Source: an uncultured virus (IMG/VR IMGVR_UViG_3300018412_000011) (lineage: Duplodnaviria > Heunggongvirae > Uroviricota > Caudoviricetes). From it: a stretch of DNA of 64,000 nucleotides. Position 1 is the stretch's first letter. Every line of letters starts with the position of its first letter. The translations under genes were made by a program, and so were the position numbers. The stretch lies in the IMG/VR virus record IMGVR_UViG_3300018412_000011, one strand, 5' to 3'. Below the pieces are notes generated by a model. It was given only the letters and a program-made list of their open reading frames with translations, did not search any database and was not told the origin of the DNA. Positions 56,415-64,000 of the stretch are shown here, piece by piece.

Positions 56415-57634
56415 TATTCTAAAGCTTCCTTAAATATTTGCTTGGCTTCTTCTTTTAGAGTTTTGGTTTCTTCCTCCTCTAAACCTTCTTCATCAATCAT
56501 TCCGTGTATAATTTTTAAAACATCTGATTCATCAATTTGTCCTTTTTCTTCGATTTCAATTCGAATTTCTTGAGCCTCTTCTTCTTGTTTTTCATTTTTT
56601 ACATTTTGTTCATCAAAAATATAAACTGCTTCAAATTCATTATAAAGGGTTTCTTTGATCTCTGGATATGCAACAGAAAAATCCACTAATTGATTATTAT
56701 TACCTTCAAAAATTATTTTAAAAATACCAGTTTTTGACGAACCATCCAATTTATTAATTTGTTTTTTGATATCTTCTACTGTTCCTTTTAATTCCACAAT
56801 AGGTCTACAATTCGGATAAGGTCGAAATTCACAAAATCCTAATTTCCCTTGTTCTTCTTTAGAATCATCATAAACAATATATCCTTTTTTATCGTCTTTT
56901 TCAGAAGTATCTGATCTTTCGATACTTCCTGTATACATTGCCCTACATCTTTTCGTTTCTAAAATATGATGATGATGATAATCTCCCAAAAAAACATAAG
57001 ATGCCCCAATTGAATCTAAATCATCAAGATTAATGCTGCTAGAACTCGTGTTTTTAAAAGTCTTCTTTTTGCCATCATGTTCATAGACCTTTAAGGTTCC
57101 TGACTTAACCCCAAAATGTCCAAAAAAGATAGTCTTAGAAGGATCTTTGATTTTAGGTCTAGCCTCTTCTACGAATTTCAAAAATTCTTCTCTCATGCTT
57201 AGATTATTTTTTTCCACTTCTAACGAATGAGGAAACAACAATAAAGTGTGACCTTTAAATTCAATTGTGGTGGGTTCCTCTATTACCTTAAGACTTTTAA
57301 TTCCCAAAGATTTTAATGGTTGAAGAGCATGATGTTTTCTGCAAATATCATGATTCCCAACCAACATGATAACAGGAATTTTTGCCTCCTTTAACAAGCG
57401 CAATTGATCATTGAAGAAGCTACGAACATCATTGGCAGGGGAGAAATTATCATAGATATCTCCAACAATTACAAAAAGCTCTGGTTTAACATTTTCAATA
57501 GAATCATTTACGATATACCGAAAAGCTCTTAAATAATCAGCGGTTCTGAAAGAAATGTTTTCAAATTCATTATCCATTACCCCTTTGTATAGAATTCTAT
57601 TTAAATGACAATCTGCAACAACAGATATTTTCAT
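56414..57634 (-). CDS. sbcD: SbcD/Mre11/gp47-like nuclease
   Basis: ADCH, GDIYD, VGNHD, GH, LGDYH, YTGS..R. Start ATG 57634. Confidence 0.9.
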   Translation of the reverse strand: MKISVVADCHLNRILYKGVMDNEFENISFRTADYLRAFRYIVNDSIENVKPELFVIVGDIYDNFSPANDVRSFFNDQLRLLKEAKIPVIMLVGNHDICRKHHALQPLKSLGIKSLKVIEEPTTIEFKGHTLLLFPHSLEVEKNNLSMREEFLKFVEEARPKIKDPSKTIFFGHFGVKSGTLKVYEHDGKKKTFKNTSSSSINLDDLDSIGASYVFLGDYHHHHILETKRCRAMYTGSIERSDTSEKDDKKGYIVYDDSKEEQGKLGFCEFRPYPNCRPIVELKGTVEDIKKQINKLDGSSKTGIFKIIFEGNNNQLVDFSVAYPEIKETLYNEFEAVYIFDEQNVKNEKQEEEAQEIRIEIEEKGQIDESDVLKIIHGMIDEEGLEEEETKTLKEEAKQIFKEALE

Positions 57635-58011
57635 GGCAATGGCCTTTCTTGTCTGAAACATTCTAACATATACTCTATTAATGCCGAATATTCTTCGAAC
57701 ATTTCATCCGATAATGATCTACGGCTTATTCCCTCTACTATTTGATTAAGCGTGTGTTCAGAGATTATATTGTTTGCAAAAAGATTTCTGGAAAACCTTG
57801 TGCGTCTTTCTGCTTGTTTTTCAGTTATCGGAAAGTTAATTGTCGTTTTGTTGTTTGATTCAAGTCTATTATTGAAATCTTCAATGCGATCAATAAATGC
57901 ATTGAGGTCTTCAACTTCTTCGGCTCTTTCGGCTCTTTCGGCTCTTTCGGCTCTTTCGGCTCTTTCGAGACCGATACAAGCTACATGAATATTTTCATTT
58001 TTAGGTTTCAT
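57631..58011 (-). CDS. Hypothetical protein with an (ERA)5 repeat
   Basis: ORF track. Confidence 0.55.
   Translation of the reverse strand: MKPKNENIHVACIGLERAERAERAERAERAEEVEDLNAFIDRIEDFNNRLESNNKTTINFPITEKQAERRTRFSRNLFANNIISEHTLNQIVEGISRRSLSDEMFEEYSALIEYMLECFRQERPLP
57919..57967. repeat. Perfect 9-bp tandem repeat (ttcggctct x5 plus a partial copy)
   Basis: Read directly from sequence. Confidence 0.95.
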
Positions 58012-58050
58012 AATATTAATTATACTTGAAAAATCAACCGAGTTAATGAA

Positions 58051-58713
58051 TTAGCTACTGTAATTTGTAAATACTCTAAAAGCAATTCCCGTCTTTTCTG
58101 TTCCACCAATATCCGCAACAATAAACTCATTTGAACAATACATATCTGGACCTCGTTGAGCAATAAATCCCCTTGCCATTGCTAATGCTTTAGATGCCTT
58201 ACCTATTGAGGCATTTCCAACACATCTTACTACGCACTCATTATTTTCTTCAACACAATGGGTTATTGCGCCAGCTAACTTTTTCACATTATCATTTTTG
58301 ATGCGATAATCCAAATCTTTGGGATCTCCCTTTACTAAAAGAACATTTTCAATTTCATCAATTGGAACATCTTTTTCGTCTTCATCTTGAGGGGTTGCAA
58401 ACGCACAAAAAGAAATTCCAGTATATTTCCTTCCGTTTTCTTCTGTATTAATAAATGCAGGAGAGAAAGACAATTTAAGGTTATGTGTTTCTAAAATAAA
58501 AGATTGAGCAATAGCTAGGGCTTTGGCAGCTTTCCCAATGGAAGGATCACCAAAAGATCTGACATTAATTTCTCCATTTACTCTTAAGCCATGACTAATT
58601 GCCCCCGCTAAATTTTTTACATTTTTCTTTCTTTCTTCAGAACTAATTCCGTGCTTATCAGATGACACTTTTAGGTTTTCAATTTTTTCGTTTTTCGATA
58701 CAATTTCAGTCAT
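58051..58713 (-). CDS. Protein with two tandem SpoVS (Alba-like) domains
   Basis: Two copies of LAGAI......E..VR..G..SI.KA.KALA.A..F.......F......TGI.F. Confidence 0.85.
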   Translation of the reverse strand: MTEIVSKNEKIENLKVSSDKHGISSEERKKNVKNLAGAISHGLRVNGEINVRSFGDPSIGKAAKALAIAQSFILETHNLKLSFSPAFINTEENGRKYTGISFCAFATPQDEDEKDVPIDEIENVLLVKGDPKDLDYRIKNDNVKKLAGAITHCVEENNECVVRCVGNASIGKASKALAMARGFIAQRGPDMYCSNEFIVADIGGTEKTGIAFRVFTNYSS

Positions 58714-58782
58714 GTTTTCTCCTTTGAATATATGAAATGTTGGTTATTTCATTATACATCAAAAGAGAACAAAAGAGTGAAA

Positions 58783-59613
58783 TTATATATTGACATCTAA
58801 CATGTTACAATAAAATTCTTTATTTCTGCGTATATCCTTAATCTCTTTTTCTAAAATTTCAGATTCTTTTGTTTTCTTGAGTTGAACAGTATAATAAACT
58901 CTTTTATTTTTAACTTGAAAGTCAAGTAATTTAAAATCTTGGTCAATTTTTTGTGCAATAAGTTTTTTTAATTCATTGCTGTTTTGGTTTTTAAGTTTTG
59001 AACATTCTTGTTGAGATAAATTTAAGTATCCTTTTTTAGTTTTGCTACTTTTGATAACAGACGATACAGAATTACCTTTTCCAATTTCTAATAAATATTT
59101 CTCAATCTTAGGATTATTCTTGCTTAGTAAACCTATAGTTTCTTTTAGTTCAATGGGGTTATTATTATTTGATTTGGGATCTTCTAAAATTTCATGCAAT
59201 TCACTTTTATTGTCGGTATCATCGTACATGTAGTCTAAAGAAAGCACCATAGCATTTAATGGACCATCATAAGTATCAGAAGTTCTCTTTTTTGCATATC
59301 TGCTGTTTTTAATATTTTTTATTCTATTGAGAAGGCATGTGAATAACCAAGTATTAAATGATCCTTTTCCCTTTTTATAAGTACGAACAGCTTTAAGAAA
59401 AACAATTGTTAATTCAGAAAACAAATCATCTACATTACCCGCTATTAATTCTGGAAAATAATGTTTATTAGCCCAATTTTTAAGAGAAGGAACTCTATGA
59501 GTATAAATTTTATTTAAAATTTTTGAGTCATTCGTTTTTTGATATTCTATAACTGCTTTATCTTCTTCTTTGCGATCTACAAATATTTCTTCTTGGTTTC
59601 GATACATATGCAT
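58783..59613 (-). CDS. Sigma-70 region-2-like protein with divergent C-terminus
   Basis: DDLFSE....FLKAV..Y..GKGSFNTW....L.N.IKN...LSLD. Confidence 0.65.
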   Translation of the reverse strand: MHMYRNQEEIFVDRKEEDKAVIEYQKTNDSKILNKIYTHRVPSLKNWANKHYFPELIAGNVDDLFSELTIVFLKAVRTYKKGKGSFNTWLFTCLLNRIKNIKNSRYAKKRTSDTYDGPLNAMVLSLDYMYDDTDNKSELHEILEDPKSNNNNPIELKETIGLLSKNNPKIEKYLLEIGKGNSVSSVIKSSKTKKGYLNLSQQECSKLKNQNSNELKKLIAQKIDQDFKLLDFQVKNKRVYYTVQLKKTKESEILEKEIKDIRRNKEFYCNMLDVNI

Positions 59614-59620
59614 TCTCCTT

Positions 59621-60334
59621 TTATTTTCCCCAACATTTTTTCACAAAGAAACACGAATCACATTCTTTTGATTGTTTCTTATAAGGTTTAGGGGGTATTA
59701 TTTTATTTTTCACTAGTTTGTTGAGTTTATCCACTTCTTTAAATGCTGCTTTTAATAAAACCTCATCTGGTTTGATTTCAAATAATTCATTAGTTTGATC
59801 TTTGTTATTCTCATAAATAATTAAACCCCTATTTGTTTCAGAAAAACACATACATAGCAAAGTATAAATAATATCTTTTCGTCTAGCCATATTATTATTA
59901 TGAATGATAGAAAAATCTATATCATTAAGTGGATAAATATTGGTTGCAATAATAACTTCTCCAATTTTTATTGCACAATCCAAATATCCATGAAGATTAA
60001 TATTTTTATCTACTACTAAAACATTTTTATCAATTAATTTTGTTTTAGGGCTTTCTTTAAATATTGAAAACCATTTCTCTTTGACATATTCATTGTGTTT
60101 TTGTTCATAATAAAATGAACTCTCATTAAGCATGGAGGGGGAATGTTGACTACTAGTTCGTCTTAAAACTACTTTTCGTTCGCATGAAAATATATCACTT
60201 AAATTCCCAGTTGAATATAATTCTCTCTTCGAACTAAAATCCCTTCTAAAAAAGTCATTTTTTTTTAATTCTTCAAACTTTTCAACAATTTTTCCCTTAT
60301 AACAAATATCTGTGAATTTTTTATTTTCTTCCAT
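59621..60334 (-). CDS. Cas4-like / PD-(D/E)xK Fe-S protein, probably catalytically degenerate
   Basis: SCERK, GYLD, C-terminal CDSCFFVKKCW; the expected ExK and QxxxY are absent. Confidence 0.6.
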   Translation of the reverse strand: MEENKKFTDICYKGKIVEKFEELKKNDFFRRDFSSKRELYSTGNLSDIFSCERKVVLRRTSSQHSPSMLNESSFYYEQKHNEYVKEKWFSIFKESPKTKLIDKNVLVVDKNINLHGYLDCAIKIGEVIIATNIYPLNDIDFSIIHNNNMARRKDIIYTLLCMCFSETNRGLIIYENNKDQTNELFEIKPDEVLLKAAFKEVDKLNKLVKNKIIPPKPYKKQSKECDSCFFVKKCWGK

Positions 60335-61103
60335 TTCTTTTTCCTTTCTGAACCCTTTGTATGATTTCTGCAAGTTGTTTAGGTGGAATGCTTTCTTCTA
60401 GATCCAAAAATGATTTTTTACCAAATTTACTCACAAAAGAAGCTGGATCTTCTCCTTTTGGTATACTGTCTATTTTTGTCATTTTTTTACAAACTCCCAA
60501 TCTATTTGTTGCAACAATCGAGTTATCTCTTGCATTTTGTCCCGAACTGTTTTCGTCAACATCAAAGCAAAAACAAAAATTTTCACAGTATCTTGATAAT
60601 AAACCAATATGACGAAGGGTCAATTTAGTTCCCATAACTGCTACAACATTTTTTATACCAGCTTGATACAACGTAATAGCATCCATATAACCTTCCACAA
60701 TATATGCCTTATTTAAATTAAACATATATTTTCGGGCTTTATTAAGGTTAAATAAGTGTAATCCTTTTTGAAAGGGATAAGGAGAATTCCACCAAGAAGA
60801 CTTTTCAACAACAGGGCTTCTAGTTCCAATTCCAACGACATCTTTCCCAAATTCCTCATAAATAGGAACTATGATTTTATTTTTTAAAAAATAAGAATAA
60901 TCTTTGTCAATTGTACCCCCGTATTGACGAACCCCTTGTTCAACATATGCATCGGGAAAACAATAGCCAATTTGGAAACGTTTAATAGTATATTCATCTA
61001 ACAATCTTGCTTGAATCAAATAAGCAAGGGCATCTTTAGAACATTCTTCATTTAAAAAAATATTCTTCCTGCACTTGTTAGTGAATTCATTAAGTATTGT
61101 CAT
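60321..61103 (-). CDS. dnaG: DnaG-type primase catalytic core (no zinc-binding domain)
   Basis: YL..R, F.IGY, IIVPI, NSP..F.K...LFN, VEGYMD, VA.MGT, FDVD, KGEDP. Confidence 0.88.
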   Translation of the reverse strand: MTILNEFTNKCRKNIFLNEECSKDALAYLIQARLLDEYTIKRFQIGYCFPDAYVEQGVRQYGGTIDKDYSYFLKNKIIVPIYEEFGKDVVGIGTRSPVVEKSSWWNSPYPFQKGLHLFNLNKARKYMFNLNKAYIVEGYMDAITLYQAGIKNVVAVMGTKLTLRHIGLLSRYCENFCFCFDVDENSSGQNARDNSIVATNRLGVCKKMTKIDSIPKGEDPASFVSKFGKKSFLDLEESIPPKQLAEIIQRVQKGKRNGRK

Positions 61104-61141
61104 TAACTAATATACCTTAAAGATACAAAAAAATTAAGTCC

Positions 61142-61188
61142 CAAAAATAGCGAAAAGGGGCAATTTAAGCCCCTTTTCGCTATTTTTG
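61142..61188 (-). terminator. Strong hairpin terminator after recA (20-bp stem)
   Basis: caaaaatagcgaaaaggggc-aatttaa-gccccttttcgctatttttg. Confidence 0.85.
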
Positions 61189-61202
61189 ACTATTCTGTTT
61201 TT

Positions 61203-62381
61203 TTATCCTAAATCTTCTACCTCTTCCACAACTGAGGTGTCTTCTAAGTTCTCAGAAGGAGAAATGATCTTTTTAGGATCATCTAACATCTCAAGAATAT
61301 CGGGAGATATTTCTGCGAGATTATTTTCTTGTTGATACTCAATAGCCTTTTCCAAAAACTTAATCACTAAATTATTTTCTATTAAGTAATCTGCTAAAGC
61401 TACTATTTCATAAGTTCCAGTTTCAACATTTTTAGTGGTGCCCATTATGCTTTTGTTTAGCCTAAGTTCTCCTTTATAAAGAGAAACCATCTTATACTCT
61501 TTAAGTAACTCGCATAATTTGCAAACAGGATTCATCGCATCAGCAAAGAAAATAATTTCAAATGTTGTTTCTCCAAAAGGAGGGGCTATTTTGTTTTTCT
61601 CAAATTTGACTTTTGAAAGTCTTCCGATGATCCTATTATCACTACCTACTCCTGTTATTTTTGAAGAAGGCCAAACAGAAATTCTAACATCAGAATAGAA
61701 TTTGAGGGCTTTCCCTCCAGGAGTTTCGAAAGGGTTGCCAAATGTAACTCCCATCTTCATCCTTAATTGATTAATAAAAACGCAAGTAGTATTAGTATCT
61801 CCACATGCAGGTTTAATTTTTTTACATGCTTTACTCATCATGCGAGCTAACAACGCATAATCTTGATCTCCTATCTCTCCATCTAATTCTTTTTGAGGAA
61901 TTAGAGCAGCAGTAGAGTCAACAACTACTAAACCAAATTCTCCTGAATTGACAACTTCTGTTACAATTTCAAGAAGAATTTCTCCAGATAAAGCTTTATC
62001 AACTCTGAATAATGAATCTACATCGACTCCTTGCATTTCAGCCCATTCTTCTTGGAAGGATTGTTCGGCATCAATCAAACAACAATTAATGCCTTGTTTT
62101 TGAGCGCTTGCAATCAACTTCAAAGTTAAAAACGATTTTCCACTAGATTCAGGACCGAAAAGTTCAACGAGCTTCCCTCTAGGAATACCACCACAATTAC
62201 TTACTGCATCAATGGATGGAGTGCCAAATGAAATTGGGGGCAACTTGGAATCAACAGATTTTTTCCCTTTAAAAATAATGGGATCGGGTCCCAATTTGCT
62301 AGATAATTTTTTTGATAAAGATGTCTCTATGTTACCAATCGCAACATCTACTGCACTTCTTCCACTTTTTTTTGAAGCCAT
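61203..62381 (-). CDS. recA: RecA recombinase
   Basis: GGIPRG..VE.FGPESSGKS, IDAE, VVDS.AAL.P..E, ARMMS, FINQLR, TPGGKALKFYSDVR, KNK.APPF. Confidence 0.96.
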   Translation of the reverse strand: MASKKSGRSAVDVAIGNIETSLSKKLSSKLGPDPIIFKGKKSVDSKLPPISFGTPSIDAVSNCGGIPRGKLVELFGPESSGKSFLTLKLIASAQKQGINCCLIDAEQSFQEEWAEMQGVDVDSLFRVDKALSGEILLEIVTEVVNSGEFGLVVVDSTAALIPQKELDGEIGDQDYALLARMMSKACKKIKPACGDTNTTCVFINQLRMKMGVTFGNPFETPGGKALKFYSDVRISVWPSSKITGVGSDNRIIGRLSKVKFEKNKIAPPFGETTFEIIFFADAMNPVCKLCELLKEYKMVSLYKGELRLNKSIMGTTKNVETGTYEIVALADYLIENNLVIKFLEKAIEYQQENNLAEISPDILEMLDDPKKIISPSENLEDTSVVEEVEDLG

Positions 62382-62410
62382 AATTTTTCTCCTATATTTT
62401 TTTAAAAAAT

Positions 62411-62445
62411 GGAGGTTGGGGTTTTATAGTAAAACCCCAACCTCC
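62411..62445 (-). terminator. Hairpin terminator after the ssb-like gene
   Basis: ggaggttggggtttta-tag-taaaaccccaacctcc. Confidence 0.75.
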
Positions 62446-62463
62446 TAGTATTAATAACGACTA

Positions 62464-63177
62464 TTAAAATACATCGTCTTCGTCTGCAACCTCTTCTATA
62501 GCAGCGCTTTCTTCGGCTGCTGAAGTTGTTTCTGTGGAGATGCGTTCATTGGGAGAATTCTTCTCTTTGACTTTCTTCTCGTCAGGAAGGGAATTCCACA
62601 ATTCTTCAATCTCATCAGCCGTCTTAGCTTTTTTCAGAACTTCAAGGGATGGCCAATTATCCTTAACCTCTCTAACCTTTTTAATTTCTTCCTTAGTTAA
62701 AGGAGCAGGTTTTACGATAGGAGACACAGAATAATCTGCATTCAATGTTCCAGCATTTTTAACATTAATAACAAAATCAGGACCATCTTTTCCAGCAGGA
62801 TTAATTTCGTTATTTACATAGTATTCGTGGAAACTCTTAAAAACAGAAGGACCTTTATCCAAAATCTTAGGTTTTGCCACTCCATTTTCATCAAGATCAT
62901 TCTTGTCAAGAATAAGAATTGCGAAACGCGAGGAAGGATAAAAACCAGCTTTTGTAGGTGAAACTTTATTTCTATCCTCATCTGACACAATAACTCCTTG
63001 ACCGAAAGGTTCCCAAAATTGATGATATTTGACGTAATTGCCAACTAATCTAACTTTATATTTAGCAGACTTTTTGAACTTCATCCATTCTACTGGATTA
63101 TCGTTATTATTTGAATTTGTTTTTTTATCTTCGTCAAATTCATCGAAGTCTTTTACCCAATCATTCATCTCGCTCAT
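62464..63177 (-). CDS. T4 gp32-like single-stranded DNA-binding protein
   Basis: W.K.......VRL, KIL..G.SVF, P....G.DF.I, Y.V, acidic tail ending DDVF; adjacent to recA. Confidence 0.65.
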   Translation of the reverse strand: MSEMNDWVKDFDEFDEDKKTNSNNNDNPVEWMKFKKSAKYKVRLVGNYVKYHQFWEPFGQGVIVSDEDRNKVSPTKAGFYPSSRFAILILDKNDLDENGVAKPKILDKGPSVFKSFHEYYVNNEINPAGKDGPDFVINVKNAGTLNADYSVSPIVKPAPLTKEEIKKVREVKDNWPSLEVLKKAKTADEIEELWNSLPDEKKVKEKNSPNERISTETTSAAEESAAIEEVADEDDVF

Positions 63178-63312
63178 AGTATTTTCTCCTATTTTTGTAT
63201 TTACTTTATTTGCTCAGTCTAATTGATAGAATAATTATACAAAATTTTATCAATATTTTCACTTTTTTTGTCTTTTTTATTTTTGTCAAAAAGGTTCTTG
63301 ATCTTCTGTTAA

Positions 63313-64000
63313 TTATTCATAATCTTCTGACGTTTCTTTTTCAAGGGATGCAAAAATATCTGGATCATCTTCATCATTTGTGGAAAGATCGATGTCCCTT
63401 TCTTGGTTAAGACTACTTCCTAATTCTTCGTCGGTTAACGTTCTTTGGAAATTAATTTCGGGGATGTTGCTTCTTCCCCCAAAATCTCCTTGTTTAGACT
63501 GAATTTGGAATACTGTAATTCTTCTTGAATAAGAATGAAGAATGCTTTCTGCATTTTTTATGATTTGCAATAAAGCATTTTTTAAAGAATCACTTTCCGC
63601 ATAATCAACTTCGTACTCAACCAAAATTGAAGAAGCTTCTCCTTCCCGTTTATCTTTACTGCCTCCTGATGCATAATTCATCCAAGCAAGCCTTAATAAT
63701 TCGAGATACCGCTTTTTAACCCCACAGATAGGGACTAATTGAATATAAATTTCAGTTAACCTATCTTGTATTGCTTGAATTTTAGCTATCTCTTCGCTTA
63801 TTATATCTAAAGTTGGAGTCTTAGAAGAGCGAACTGCAAGAGTTTCTAATTCCTCATAAATTTCATCATAATCAACTTTAGGAAACTTTTTTAAACTCTC
63901 GTTGCATTTTTTAACAATTTGCTTAAATTCAGAAGGATAATTCCTTCCTGCAAGCAATTGAGGAACACTAGAAGAAGATTCATTTAAAGGGGTCTCTTCT
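63313..64000 (-). CDS. Helical hypothetical protein, 5'-truncated (possibly a UvsY-like recombination mediator)
   Basis: The frame stays open to the window end; coiled-coil character; upstream of ssb and recA. Confidence 0.5.
   Translation of the reverse strand, partial: EETPLNESSSSVPQLLAGRNYPSEFKQIVKKCNESLKKFPKVDYDEIYEELETLAVRSSKTPTLDIISEEIAKIQAIQDRLTEIYIQLVPICGVKKRYLELLRLAWMNYASGGSKDKREGEASSILVEYEVDYAESDSLKNALLQIIKNAESILHSYSRRITVFQIQSKQGDFGGRSNIPEINFQRTLTDEELGSSLNQERDIDLSTNDEDDPDIFASLEKETSEDYE

Noticed and set aside
59621..60334. CRISPR-Cas locus
   Set aside because: Solo Cas4-like gene with no cas1/cas2, effector genes or array in the window.
1..64000. Stop-codon reassignment
   Set aside because: Conserved genes are full-length under the standard code, coding density is high, and TAA, TGA and TAG all end plausible genes.
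1..64000. Cellular chromosome
   Set aside because: No ribosomal or core metabolic operons; housekeeping-like genes are divergent and mixed with ORFans, Rnl1, gp32-like SSB and structural-like genes. Not formally excluded, since no capsid or terminase is in view.

Overview
An AT-rich, densely coding 64 kb segment, most consistent with a jumbo (huge) phage genome. Almost all genes lie on the minus strand, and many small ORFans sit among phage-type genes: T4 Rnl1-like RNA ligase, gp32-like SSB, a tail-tube-like protein, HNH and other endonucleases, and two LAGLIDADG inteins. There is a near-complete bacterial-style replication/repair kit (DnaN, DnaX, HolA-like, ZBD-less DnaG, LigA, TopA, RecA, RecJ, RuvB-like, SbcCD, UvsE, 5'-3' exonuclease, C5 methylase) and three sigma-factor genes. 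Host-manipulation functions include ClpP, peptide deformylase, Pth2, a metacaspase and a tandem SpoVS protein. The most notable items are: (i) a deamidating (Preiss-Handler-type) NAD+ salvage set, PncA-like + PncB + Gln-dependent NadE, with a vWA-PP2C-kinase (TerY-P-like) triad lying between pncA and nadE; (ii) a very regular promoter architecture, TTGAC(A/T)-N16-TAnnnT-N6-start codon, implying widespread leaderless mRNAs; (iii) a second, SigH-like AGG(A/G)-N17/18-GAAT promoter class alongside a phage-encoded SigH-like sigma; and (iv) several apparently inactivated or fragmentary domains (orphan intein fragment, degenerate LAGLIDADG, Cas4-like and dNMP-kinase-like proteins). All calls come from manual motif recognition; no database search was run. 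No rRNA, tRNA or CRISPR array was recognised.
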